Assembly: GCA_039178745.1 (NCBI GenBank)
Contig: JBCDFE010000001.1
Coordinates: 1 to 56,759, forward strand
From: Bacteroidota bacterium
GTDB taxonomy: Bacteria; Bacteroidota; Bacteroidia; Chitinophagales; Saprospiraceae
Direction: 5' to 3'
Length of the DNA stretch: 56,759 nt
The notes below the pieces were generated by a model. The model was not told where the DNA came from and did no database searches. It saw only the letters and a list, made by a program, of their open reading frames with translations. A program made the position numbers and the translations under genes. This document shows positions 1 through 9,177 of the stretch, piece after piece; positions within the stretch are counted from its first letter, which is position 1; each line of letters starts with the position of its first letter.

Positions 1-4
1 AGAT

Positions 5-373
5 ATGCAAGCTAAATTGGAATTGCTTTGTGGCTTGTTGGCCGGACTGGGCATTCCTTCGCGTCTGAGGCGATATTTATATGGCGATGTGCGGTATTCT
101 CTGCGTCTGGAAGCCGACCACTACCTCGACGGTCCATACCTGCTCGAACTACTCGTTGGGGCCAGGCCTATGGTGGTGACCTACGAACTGACGGGCACCC
201 ATCCGTTCGGATTACTCGAGCTAGAGCACAGATATGCCGCCCAGGAACATCCCAAGTACCTAATGGCCCAGGACACTTATGATCATGTGAGCCGAATCAG
301 GCAGCGTTTGCACTATAGCGCCGAAGCAAAAAATATGGCGGTGTTTATAAGGCAGATCCTGGCCAATCAATAG
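5..373 (+). CDS. hypothetical protein, possibly 5'-truncated by the window edge
   Basis: 122-aa ORF whose frame is open back to the window start; no motif recognised. Confidence 0.5.
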   Translation: MQAKLELLCGLLAGLGIPSRLRRYLYGDVRYSLRLEADHYLDGPYLLELLVGARPMVVTYELTGTHPFGLLELEHRYAAQEHPKYLMAQDTYDHVSRIRQRLHYSAEAKNMAVFIRQILANQ

Positions 374-381
374 TTGTAGGG

Positions 382-510
382 TTAGTTGTAAAGGACGTAT
401 AACAAGACCAATAAGGCCGCGGTACAACCAGCTGCCACGAGGAAAAATTTATTGAGTTTGGCCCGCTCGTCGGCCTTGATCTTGCGCTTGCGCTTGGTAG
501 ATTTAGACAT
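382..510 (-). CDS. 42-aa single-pass membrane microprotein (not in ORF track)
   Basis: Manual translation ATG(510)..TAA(382): MSKSTKRKRKIKADERAKLNKFFLVAAGCTAALLVLLYVLYN; basic N-terminus plus one hydrophobic helix; fills the gap with no overlap. Confidence 0.65.
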   Translation of the reverse strand: MSKSTKRKRKIKADERAKLNKFFLVAAGCTAALLVLLYVLYN

Positions 511-633
511 AATGGCTTTGCTTTTAGAAGAGTGAAATTAATGAACTCAATTAGAATTTTGCAATATGAACGCGGACAAAAAGGCAGAAAATCGTAGATA
601 AACAGGGTGCAGGATAATTCCGAAGCAAGCACT

Positions 634-641
634 TACCTTTG
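634..641 (+). promoter_or_regulatory. Bacteroidetes sigma-70 -7 box upstream of fabI
   Basis: TACCTTTG matches TAnnTTTG, 15 nt before the ATG at 657. Confidence 0.65.
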
Positions 642-656
642 CCTCAAATGTGAAAT

Positions 657-1457
657 ATGTCAAACAATCTACTCGCCGGAAAGCGCGGCGTCATATCTGG
701 TGCACTAGACTCAGAATCCATCGCCTGGAAAGTTGCCGAGCAGTGCGTTGCACAAGGTGCAACTATAACGCTGACCAATGCGCCGGTGGCTATGCGCTTT
801 GGTCAGATCCAGGAGCTTGGTGAAAAGCTCAACGCGGAGATCATACCTGCCGATGCAACCAATATGGAAGATTTGGCGCAGTTGTTTAGCCAATCTGAAG
901 AGGTGCTGGGGGGTAAGCTCGATTTTGTATTGCACAGCATTGGCATGTCTATCAATGTGCGCAAGAAGCGCGAGTACACCAATCTCAAGCACGACTGGAT
1001 GCTTAAAACTTTTGACGTGAGTGCCATCAGTTTTCACAAAATGATGCAAGTGCTCTATCAAAATGATCACATGGCCGATTGGGGTAGCATACTGGGACTC
1101 AGTTATATCGCAGCTCAGCGCAGTTTTCCCGATTATAGCGAAATGGCGGAATCCAAGGCGCTGTTGGAAAGTTTTGCCCGCAGCTTCGGATACCACTTTG
1201 CGGAGAAGAACCACGTCAGAGTCAACACCATTAGTCAGAGTCCTACCATGACTACAGCGGGCAAAGGCGTAAAGGGTTTCGATGAGTTTTTTGGCTATGC
1301 AGAGAAAATGTCTCCACTAGGCAATGCACCATCAGATGCATGTGCCGATTACTGCGTGGCGCTTTTTAGTGATCTGACACGCTTTGTGACCATGCAGAAT
1401 CTGTATCACGATGGCGGATTCAGCAGCATGGGCATGAGCCCGGCTTTAATTGAGTAA
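657..1457 (+). CDS. fabI: enoyl-ACP reductase (NADH)
   Basis: SDR fold with GKRGVISGALDSESIAW, LDFVLHSIGMS, YSEMAESKALLES, VRVNTISQSPT and QNLYHDGGFS, typical of Bacteroidetes FabI. Confidence 0.92.
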   Translation: MSNNLLAGKRGVISGALDSESIAWKVAEQCVAQGATITLTNAPVAMRFGQIQELGEKLNAEIIPADATNMEDLAQLFSQSEEVLGGKLDFVLHSIGMSINVRKKREYTNLKHDWMLKTFDVSAISFHKMMQVLYQNDHMADWGSILGLSYIAAQRSFPDYSEMAESKALLESFARSFGYHFAEKNHVRVNTISQSPTMTTAGKGVKGFDEFFGYAEKMSPLGNAPSDACADYCVALFSDLTRFVTMQNLYHDGGFSSMGMSPALIE

Positions 1458-1508
1458 GTAAGTTCTAAGGGCACTGTCTGTAGAACTTGCCATTTAGATG
1501 CCAGCTTT

Positions 1509-3467
1509 ATGGGGCGAAGATTTTGGACTTGTATTTTTGTTTTGTCGAATCTTATTGCTGGTGCGCAAGGAGGTTTTAACCCCGACTTTAACCGCAACGG
1601 AGGTACGGGATTCAACGACGGAACCCGCGAGCGCCAACCCCAGGAGCAGCGTGAAATCATTCCCGATACCTTTGGGGTCTTCGAGTTTAGAGTCGATAAC
1701 CCGGCCGAGGAGCAAGAGTTTGGCGATACCTCACTGACAGGGTTTGCAATCTACGATCCAGCCGATGAGGTTGCCTTTGGCTATGGCCACTTAGGAGTAG
1801 TGGGCTCGCCGGCCTATGCCTACAGATATAGCACCAGGGGGAGGCGGGGCTTTGAACTGGGCCTCAATCATTTTGACCTCTACCAGTCTACTGGCCAGAA
1901 TCTCGATTACTACCGACTCACCCGGCCATATACCAACCTCAGGTGGATGCGGGGCAGCAACCAAAACGATAGCTATATCGAGGCAAATTTTAGTCGCAAC
2001 TTCGCCAATGGCATCAGCTTTGTACTCGACCACAAGCGATGGCGCCAGTTTGGCCTGCAAGACCAGTACACCCGTCAGCGATTGCTGAATAACCACACCC
2101 GGGGAGGTTTCTGGATTCACCCTCCTGGCAGCCGCTATCAGGCCTTCATCAGCCATGCCGCCAATACCTATGAGCAAGAGTGGAACGGTGGTCTGGAAAT
2201 ACTTCCAGATGAAGAAGACTTATTTTCCACGCCACAATCCGCAGATCCCTTCCTGGACAATACCGAGGTCAGGTATGCTTACCGCGAGTGGATGCTGACG
2301 CAGTATTTGCAGTTTGGCGGCCGCATAGATAGTACCGGCCGCAGCAGAAGGGCATTCACCATCTCACACCAGATGCGCTACGACAGGCAGCGCTATCGGC
2401 TGGCATCGACCTTTGTTAATCCGGCAGATTCCGCCTTCTTTGCGCGCTTTCCCCAGCTGTTTATCGATGAGCGCGGGCAGCGGTCCTCCATCCAGTACAA
2501 TATATTCGAGAATAGCTTTCGGCTGTCAACTTTTCGCGGCGGCAAGTCTGACCGGGGCGAAGGGGTGCAGCGCGATTTGTTGGAGCTGGGTGTCACCCAC
2601 CAATTTCATCGTTTGCGTGATGATTTGGACTTCCGCAGGTTGCAGTCTGTGCTACTTCACACTCGTTTGGGTTTTCGTCCTAGCGACAAATTGCAGCTTT
2701 TGGTCGAAGGGCAGCTCGAAGCAGTCGGCCAGATCGGCGATTATCGGTTAGGAGCCGATGGCCTGCTTGATTTGGGCAAAGCCGGGAAGTTGGAGTTTTC
2801 CTTTCGAAACCAGCTTTACTCGCCCACGCTTGTGCAAAGAGACTATAGCCTGACCAGCGAAACCATCTGGGATACCGATTTCCAAAAGACCCTGGAGACT
2901 CGAATCGGAGGGGCATATACCATACCGTTTATCGAGGCCAGGGCAGAGCTCAGTTTTGTACTGCTAAACAACTACATCTACTTCGACTCCACAGCAAGCC
3001 CTCAGCAGTCTGGCGAACCCATCAGCCTTATTCAACTCAGTCTGGAGCGCAACATTGACTTCGGTGCTGTACAACTCAACAATCGTGTTTTGGGCCAATT
3101 GCGGGATAGCGAGTTGCTGCCTTTGCCCAGATTAGTCAGCGAACATAGCTTGTTCTACGAGGGCTTTTGGTTTGGCGTATTAGATGTCAATCTTGGAGGG
3201 CATTTTCGCTTTCTGGCCCAATACAGACCCTACTACTTCAACCCGCTTATCCAGCAGTTTACCCTCAGTAATGCCGACGAGGTAGATAGCTACTTGCAGA
3301 TCGAGCCTTACTTCAGTATGCGGGTTGGCAGTTTCCGATTCTTCCTAAGATATGCCATGCTGAATACCGCTCTTTCAGACGATGCCGAGCTATTGTTTGC
3401 TACGGCCAACCATCCCTATCCAGACGGCGCTTTACGAATTGGCATCAGCTGGCGGCTAATCGATTAA
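1509..3467 (+). CDS. putative outer-membrane beta-barrel porin (Porin_10-like)
   Basis: Signal peptide; HLGVVGSP and PYTNL motifs; alternating beta-strand pattern; C-terminal LRIGISWRLID. Confidence 0.75.
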   Translation: MGRRFWTCIFVLSNLIAGAQGGFNPDFNRNGGTGFNDGTRERQPQEQREIIPDTFGVFEFRVDNPAEEQEFGDTSLTGFAIYDPADEVAFGYGHLGVVGSPAYAYRYSTRGRRGFELGLNHFDLYQSTGQNLDYYRLTRPYTNLRWMRGSNQNDSYIEANFSRNFANGISFVLDHKRWRQFGLQDQYTRQRLLNNHTRGGFWIHPPGSRYQAFISHAANTYEQEWNGGLEILPDEEDLFSTPQSADPFLDNTEVRYAYREWMLTQYLQFGGRIDSTGRSRRAFTISHQMRYDRQRYRLASTFVNPADSAFFARFPQLFIDERGQRSSIQYNIFENSFRLSTFRGGKSDRGEGVQRDLLELGVTHQFHRLRDDLDFRRLQSVLLHTRLGFRPSDKLQLLVEGQLEAVGQIGDYRLGADGLLDLGKAGKLEFSFRNQLYSPTLVQRDYSLTSETIWDTDFQKTLETRIGGAYTIPFIEARAELSFVLLNNYIYFDSTASPQQSGEPISLIQLSLERNIDFGAVQLNNRVLGQLRDSELLPLPRLVSEHSLFYEGFWFGVLDVNLGGHFRFLAQYRPYYFNPLIQQFTLSNADEVDSYLQIEPYFSMRVGSFRFFLRYAMLNTALSDDAELLFATANHPYPDGALRIGISWRLID

Positions 3468-3471
3468 ATTG

Positions 3472-3510
3472 GGCGACACCAAGTCAGCTGTAAAGCCGCT
3501 CGGTGTCGCC
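3472..3510. terminator. hairpin between convergent genes, possible bidirectional terminator
   Basis: GGCGACACC (3472-3480) / GGTGTCGCC (3502-3510) perfect 9-bp stem. Confidence 0.5.
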
Positions 3511-3525
3511 TTCACCAATTTGGGG

Positions 3526-5676
3526 TTATTGGACCAGCAACCTCCTCGAAACAGAGGTCTTATCCATGAAAAACTCGATGGTGTATAGGCCACTGGCTAG
3601 TTCGCTTACATCTATGCTCGTCTGGTTGGCGGCTCCGTTTACTAACACAGCCCCCCTTTGATCGTAGATTCTGAAGGAATTGATCGTCGATAAATCTCCG
3701 CTCAGGTAAAGTTGGTCTGAAACCGGATTTGGGAATATGCTGATGTCCAGTTCCGGATCGGTAGATGTGGTGCTCGAGATAACCAATTCCTGGGGTTTAT
3801 AGTTGGTATTGATGATAAGCCCCTCATGCGTGATGGCCTCAATTTCAATCAGGTCGATAAATGGATTAGCAATTGGGCTAAATCCTTGAGAACTTCCTAT
3901 AGAAAGGATCAGATCTTCGCTCATTACGAAGTTTAGATTCGCAATCAGGCCATAGCCGCTTACCGGCTGTCCATCTCTTCGCACAATGGCGATTTCAATC
4001 CGATCGAGCTCCGGAATTTCCTGATAGACGTACATCAACTCGCTTGGTGTTCCGAGCCATGACCCATTGAAATCGATGGAAAAGCTGCCTTCATTGAAAA
4101 AGCTGACATCGGCGGTCATAGCAAAAGCAATTCCGTAAAAATCGGAGAGTGGATCGCTTGGGGCAGCAATTTCCAAGGGAAGAGATACAAGCTGATTGGC
4201 AAAGACCTCTTCGGGCATGACCAGACGAAGTTCATAAGTCCCTTCATCAGCAAATACCGGAGAGAAGTTGCTGGTATTGCTGTGTGTCAGATCGTAATTG
4301 TCCATGATTACTTCCGCATCATCGATGTCGATCATACCGCTGCCGTCAGCATCGACATGCTTGAGGTCCAGGCCAGTGATCATTTCTTGGTCCCAATCGC
4401 TTACGAGCTGTCCTGCCCAGTTAGTTGTTGCGTTTTCTCTTGCTGGTCCAACTTCGCCATAGTGTATACCGATGGGCAGCAAATCCCAGGCGTCGGCCCG
4501 TCCGTTATTATCAGAATCACCCGCAAAAAACAAGGGGCCTGCACAGTCGGTATTGAAGGGTATATACTGAGCGATACCGCTAGACACATCGTCGAAGGCG
4601 TCGAAAATCTGGTCCTCGATCTCCAGCGGATCGGCCGTACACCAGCAATTGTTGGCCAGGTTTACATTAAGCGGCGTGCTGACTACAGCACCGGTATCAT
4701 TGTCGCAGATCACATTGTCTACGAAGGCGGTACCAGGACCATCGAGCTGTATGCCAACACTGTTATTGCGAAAGAAATTATTCCTAACAGTATCTCCTTC
4801 GGATGTTTCTGTAGTTCGCAGTCCTATGCCATTAGCCGTAAACGTGCAATTTCGGACATTCGTCCTGTACGCATAAATAGCATGACCTTCGCTACCTATA
4901 AATAGCGAGCTATCGGCGTCGATCAAAAAAGCAGTAGCTACTGTCCCGTTGTTTTCGAATACAGAGTTGCGTATGATGGCGCGGTTTATGATGATGTCGT
5001 CATTAATGAAACAGGCTTCATTGTTGCTGAAACTACAATCGACCACCCTGGCTCCTTCACTTCCATTAGAGAAGGAATAGAGGTCTTCGGTAGCATGCAC
5101 ATTGTCATTGAAGTTGCAGTTAAAGAAAGAAGCCCTTCCTTTGGTGCCCACGTCATTATTACTAAAGTTGCAATCGGTAAAAGTCAGAAAGTCGTATCCG
5201 GCATCGCCATGTTCTGCACCAATGCCATTGAAGCGGAACGTACCGCTGTTGATGCTTCTGTAGCCTCCACCATTATACTTTATGCCGGTATCTGCATGCT
5301 CGATAGTGAAGTGGTCGAAGTCCATAGAAAATGATGAGTCGGGGAAAGTTGCGGTGCAGAATATGCCTTTCCAGCTAGAACCCGTTGGCTCATTGGGGTC
5401 TATGGTCAAAATAACGGGTGCTGTCTCTGTTCCATTCACCGTAATAGAACCCGACCTCAACTCAAGGCCCACACCCGCCTGAAAGCGCACCTCTGTTCCG
5501 GCTTCTATAGTCAGGCTAGCTCCGGGGAAAACGACCACCTCTCCAGTAACGAGGTAGGGACTGTTGGCGGCCTCCCAGGTCATTGGACTAAATATACCGC
5601 CACTCACTTCGGTTTGAGCCATTATACTAATGCCTCCGAGAGCACAGAATAAAAGAAGTAATAGTTTACGATGCAT
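3526..5676 (-). CDS. T9SS-secreted protein: right-handed beta-helix, dockerin-like and cohesin-like modules, type A CTD
   Basis: Signal peptide from ATG 5676; NSPYLVTGEVVVFPGASLTIEAG and repeated xFxNN beta-helix turns; GDSDNNGRADAWD...DADGSGMIDIDD twin Ca loops; IFPNPV...GLYTIEF...RRLLVQ CTD. Confidence 0.85.
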   Translation of the reverse strand: MHRKLLLLLFCALGGISIMAQTEVSGGIFSPMTWEAANSPYLVTGEVVVFPGASLTIEAGTEVRFQAGVGLELRSGSITVNGTETAPVILTIDPNEPTGSSWKGIFCTATFPDSSFSMDFDHFTIEHADTGIKYNGGGYRSINSGTFRFNGIGAEHGDAGYDFLTFTDCNFSNNDVGTKGRASFFNCNFNDNVHATEDLYSFSNGSEGARVVDCSFSNNEACFINDDIIINRAIIRNSVFENNGTVATAFLIDADSSLFIGSEGHAIYAYRTNVRNCTFTANGIGLRTTETSEGDTVRNNFFRNNSVGIQLDGPGTAFVDNVICDNDTGAVVSTPLNVNLANNCWCTADPLEIEDQIFDAFDDVSSGIAQYIPFNTDCAGPLFFAGDSDNNGRADAWDLLPIGIHYGEVGPARENATTNWAGQLVSDWDQEMITGLDLKHVDADGSGMIDIDDAEVIMDNYDLTHSNTSNFSPVFADEGTYELRLVMPEEVFANQLVSLPLEIAAPSDPLSDFYGIAFAMTADVSFFNEGSFSIDFNGSWLGTPSELMYVYQEIPELDRIEIAIVRRDGQPVSGYGLIANLNFVMSEDLILSIGSSQGFSPIANPFIDLIEIEAITHEGLIINTNYKPQELVISSTTSTDPELDISIFPNPVSDQLYLSGDLSTINSFRIYDQRGAVLVNGAANQTSIDVSELASGLYTIEFFMDKTSVSRRLLVQ

Positions 5677-5853
5677 AATGCTGATTTTCAATGTTTTAGC
5701 GTTGTTTAAATCCGGCGGTTCTATTTATGATTGCAAATATTCGAAGGTGTGTAGAGGAAAACAAAGACAAAAGTCTTGAACTATTCTTAAGAATTAATAT
5801 ATATAGACTTGTAAATTATTGATAATCAAATTAATAAAGTGTAAAATTATTCT

Positions 5854-7293
5854 ATGAAGAACACCAAGCTGGTTCGATTGCTAGAGCGTCTTTCACTCGA
5901 CGAGAGAACAGACTTTGAGGATTGGTTCGAGCTTCACCCGCGTTTTTGCAACAGCCCTGCCGTCAAGTTGTTGGCTCAGCTACTGGCGGCCATCGGTGAA
6001 GCGAATCATGTAGCCTTAAGCAAGAAATTGATCTTTAGCCGAACCTTCCCCGGACATCCTTACAAAGGAGATTACTTGCGCAAGCAGACGCACTTGCTTT
6101 ACCAAGCCCTAAAGACCTGGCTCGTACAGAAGCAAGCTAAAAGTGGTCAGTCATCAAATTTGAGCTTTCTACATGAACTTCAGGAAAGAAAACTCGACCG
6201 CGATTTTCAGCTATTTTCCAATCAGCTATCCAATGAGCTGGAAAAATCCGAGAGGCGCGATGTAGACTACTTTTTTGACTTGCAGACCTTTTGTCGAGAA
6301 CGAGATTTGTTTTTTGGTCGACAACAAGAAAGGCGGTATGACTCCGCTCTACAAGAACAGTCGGAGGCCCTGGATCGATACTTTATCCTACAGAAGTTGC
6401 GCATAGCTTGTGAGATGAGTAACCGCAACCGGATCATCGATGCACGGTATCATCCGGCATTTTTGAAAGAAGTATTGCATCGTCTTTCTGAAGATGGTGT
6501 CTACAAAGAAGAGCCAGCCATTGCCATTTACTGGAGCGTATGGCTGACCTTGCAAGCCGAAGGAAGTACGGATGACTATGCGCGTTTGGTTGAACTGCTG
6601 GCTAGTTATCCCAATGTATTTGAATCCGAAGAGCTCAGGTCTATTTATAGATACGCACAGAACTTCTGCATTAGAAAAATCAATGCAGGAGTTTCTGATT
6701 TTAAATCGCATTTATTGAGCTTATATCAATACCAAATCGATCAGCGACTATTTTTAGTTGATGGCCATTTTCCGGCCAATGATTTTAAAAATATCATTAC
6801 ACTTGGTCTCAGATTGGAAAATTTTGAATGGGTCGAGCAGTTTATGGAGCAATTTCATGATTCTCTATCGCCGGATCAATACGAGAATGTGTACAATTAT
6901 GGCCTGGCCCAATATTACTTTGCTACCAAAGCCTATGATCGGGCCATTCGTTTACTGCGCAATGTTCGCTTTACTGACCGTTATTACGACATAAACGGGA
7001 GCATCATTTTGTTGAAGACCTATTTGGCTCAAGAAGACTACGAGTCTTTCCATTATTTTTTGGATGCTTATAAAATCAGGCTACAGCGAAACCGAGAAGT
7101 GGCGGCCAGCTATCGCCAGTCCATAGTCAGTTTCCTAAGACTATGTAAAAGGGTAGGGCGTCTACAGGAAAGGCAGACCTACATGTCTAAGGAGGAGCTC
7201 GATAAGCAATCTGCCAAACTCCAAGCCAAAATTTTAAATACCGCTCAGCTGTTCGATCGTCAGTGGTTGCTCAACGCCCTGCCTACCACCTAG
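5854..7293 (+). CDS. uncharacterised all-helical (TPR-like) cytoplasmic protein, possible regulator
   Basis: 479 aa, no signal peptide or TM segment; N-terminal LSKKLIFSRTFPGHPYKGDYLRKQ segment; C-terminal TPR-like AQYYFATKAYDRAIRLL. Confidence 0.75.
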   Translation: MKNTKLVRLLERLSLDERTDFEDWFELHPRFCNSPAVKLLAQLLAAIGEANHVALSKKLIFSRTFPGHPYKGDYLRKQTHLLYQALKTWLVQKQAKSGQSSNLSFLHELQERKLDRDFQLFSNQLSNELEKSERRDVDYFFDLQTFCRERDLFFGRQQERRYDSALQEQSEALDRYFILQKLRIACEMSNRNRIIDARYHPAFLKEVLHRLSEDGVYKEEPAIAIYWSVWLTLQAEGSTDDYARLVELLASYPNVFESEELRSIYRYAQNFCIRKINAGVSDFKSHLLSLYQYQIDQRLFLVDGHFPANDFKNIITLGLRLENFEWVEQFMEQFHDSLSPDQYENVYNYGLAQYYFATKAYDRAIRLLRNVRFTDRYYDINGSIILLKTYLAQEDYESFHYFLDAYKIRLQRNREVAASYRQSIVSFLRLCKRVGRLQERQTYMSKEELDKQSAKLQAKILNTAQLFDRQWLLNALPTT

Positions 7294-7341
7294 ATTGATT
7301 AGATTGCAACTTTGTCTACCCAGTTATCGTCTCTTTCTCAC

Positions 7342-7872
7342 ATGGCCAATCAAAAACTTTCTTTCCAAACTATAGGCACTTTACTTGCTTTGGTGATTAG
7401 TGTTGTTGCTATGCTGACCAGTATCTACGAGGTCAATATCATGAACTCCCAGCAGCGGGCTATGGTCTGGCCCCACCTCAAAGTGTATCAGAGCTACAAC
7501 AGCGAGGGCTTCCGAATCATAGGCTCCAATTTTGGCACGGGGCCAGCCATTGTCAAGTCGGTAGAAGTCACCATAGATGGAGAGCCCGTTAAAGACATCA
7601 ATGATATGCTAGACGAGCTTTATCCCGGCCGCACCATGGGCTATGATCAGATCGGTGTGAATGATCTGAATGGTTCTGTTTTTAAACCAGAAGAAGACCG
7701 AGACCTTCTCTTCCTGCCCTGGAATGAAGAAACCCACGCCATAGTCGATCAGCTATATAAAGTCAATCTGGTTGTCTGCTACGAATCTGTGCTGGGCGAT
7801 AGTTGGCATTTTAATCTGCAAAACGGCGATACTGTGGAAGGGGCGTTTAAGGCCAGGTTGGAGTTTGAGTAG
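7342..7872 (+). CDS. hypothetical membrane-anchored protein
   Basis: ATG at 7342; N-terminal TM helix, then QQRAMVWPHL and NFGTGPAIVKSV. Confidence 0.75.
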   Translation: MANQKLSFQTIGTLLALVISVVAMLTSIYEVNIMNSQQRAMVWPHLKVYQSYNSEGFRIIGSNFGTGPAIVKSVEVTIDGEPVKDINDMLDELYPGRTMGYDQIGVNDLNGSVFKPEEDRDLLFLPWNEETHAIVDQLYKVNLVVCYESVLGDSWHFNLQNGDTVEGAFKARLEFE

Positions 7873-7905
7873 AATAAACTGCGTTTCGCCGTACCTTCAC
7901 TCCTC

Positions 7906-9174
7906 ATGAAAACGGCAACCCAATATACGCTGGAACACGCTCAGCAACTCGACCGGAATGATCCGCTGGCGCATTATCGATCTCAGTTTCATCGGCCGAT
8001 AGATGAGCATGGGAGAGAATACGTCTATATGTGTGGCAATTCGCTGGGCTTGCAGCCCAAGGCAACCGAAGCTGCCATTCAGCAGGAGTTGGAAGACTGG
8101 AAAAAATGGGGCGTAGAGGGTCACTTCAAGGCCAAAAACCCATGGATGCCCTATCATCATTTTTTGCGCGACGCTATGGCCAACGTAGTGGGGGCAAAAC
8201 CGCAGGAGGTGGTGCTGATGAATACCCTGACGGTTAATTTACATCTGATGATGGTCTCTTTCTACCGACCAACTGCAGAGCGGTACAAGATCGTTATAGA
8301 ATCGGACGCCTTTCCGTCAGATAAGTACGCAGTCGAGTCTCAGCTGAGGTTCCATGGTCTCTATCCACGGAAGTCCAAAATAGAAATACGGCCAAGACCA
8401 GGAGAAGTCTGCCTACGGCATGAGGATATTTACCGACTGATAGAAGAGCAAGGCGACGAGATTGCCCTCATCATGCTGGGCAACCCCAACTACTATACCG
8501 GCCAGTTTCTGGATATGAAAGCAATCACGGAGCGGGCGCACGCCAAGGGCATTGCCGTTGGCTTCGATTGTGCCCACGGTGCTGGCAATCGCCCCTTAGA
8601 TTTACACGATTCGGGTTGCGATTTTGCCGTTTGGTGTACCTACAAATATCTCAATGGTGGTCCTGGAGCCATATCGGGTGCATTTGTACACGAGCGCCAC
8701 AGCAACCGAATGGACTTACCCCGATTCGAAGGTTGGTGGGGCCACGATCAGGACACGCGTTTTGGTATGCGCGACGATTTTCAGCCCATGCCCGGTGCCG
8801 ATGCCTGGCAGCTCAGCAATCCGCCCATTCTGGCTTTAGCCCCGGTCTGGGCCTCACTCAAAATTTTTGACGAGGTGGGTATGACTGCTTTGCGGGAAAA
8901 GTCGATCAAACTGACCGGCTATCTGGAGCAACTACTGAACCAACTGGGCCGCGATCGCATTCGAATCATTACACCCGCCGAGCCCGATCAGCGCGGTTGT
9001 CAGCTTTCCCTCCAGGTGGTTGGGGCCGATAAAAGTCTCTTCGACCGACTCACCGCCAGCGGAGTCATAGCCGACTGGCGCGAACCCGACGTGATTCGCG
9101 TGGCACCAACGCCCCTGTACACGAGCTATGCCGAGGTGTTCGAGTTTGTAGAGCGACTGAAAAACTGCTTGTAA
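7906..9174 (+). CDS. kynU: kynureninase
   Basis: YMCGNSLGLQP, MNTLTVNLHLMMVSFY, AFPSDKYA, DCAHGAGN, WCTYKYLNGGPG (PLP lysine), GWWGH, DWREPDVIRVAP. Confidence 0.96.
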   Translation: MKTATQYTLEHAQQLDRNDPLAHYRSQFHRPIDEHGREYVYMCGNSLGLQPKATEAAIQQELEDWKKWGVEGHFKAKNPWMPYHHFLRDAMANVVGAKPQEVVLMNTLTVNLHLMMVSFYRPTAERYKIVIESDAFPSDKYAVESQLRFHGLYPRKSKIEIRPRPGEVCLRHEDIYRLIEEQGDEIALIMLGNPNYYTGQFLDMKAITERAHAKGIAVGFDCAHGAGNRPLDLHDSGCDFAVWCTYKYLNGGPGAISGAFVHERHSNRMDLPRFEGWWGHDQDTRFGMRDDFQPMPGADAWQLSNPPILALAPVWASLKIFDEVGMTALREKSIKLTGYLEQLLNQLGRDRIRIITPAEPDQRGCQLSLQVVGADKSLFDRLTASGVIADWREPDVIRVAPTPLYTSYAEVFEFVERLKNCL

Positions 9175-9177
9175 ATT

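Noticed and set aside
345-632. 95-aa minus-strand ORF in the track
   Set aside because: Overlaps the upstream gene and fabI promoter region and has no motif; the 42-aa ORF at 382-510 explains the region better
4282-4905. 207-aa plus-strand ORF and similar long antisense ORFs (e.g. 9337-9897, 53771-54397)
   Set aside because: Shadow frames opposite well-supported genes, with no recognisable motifs
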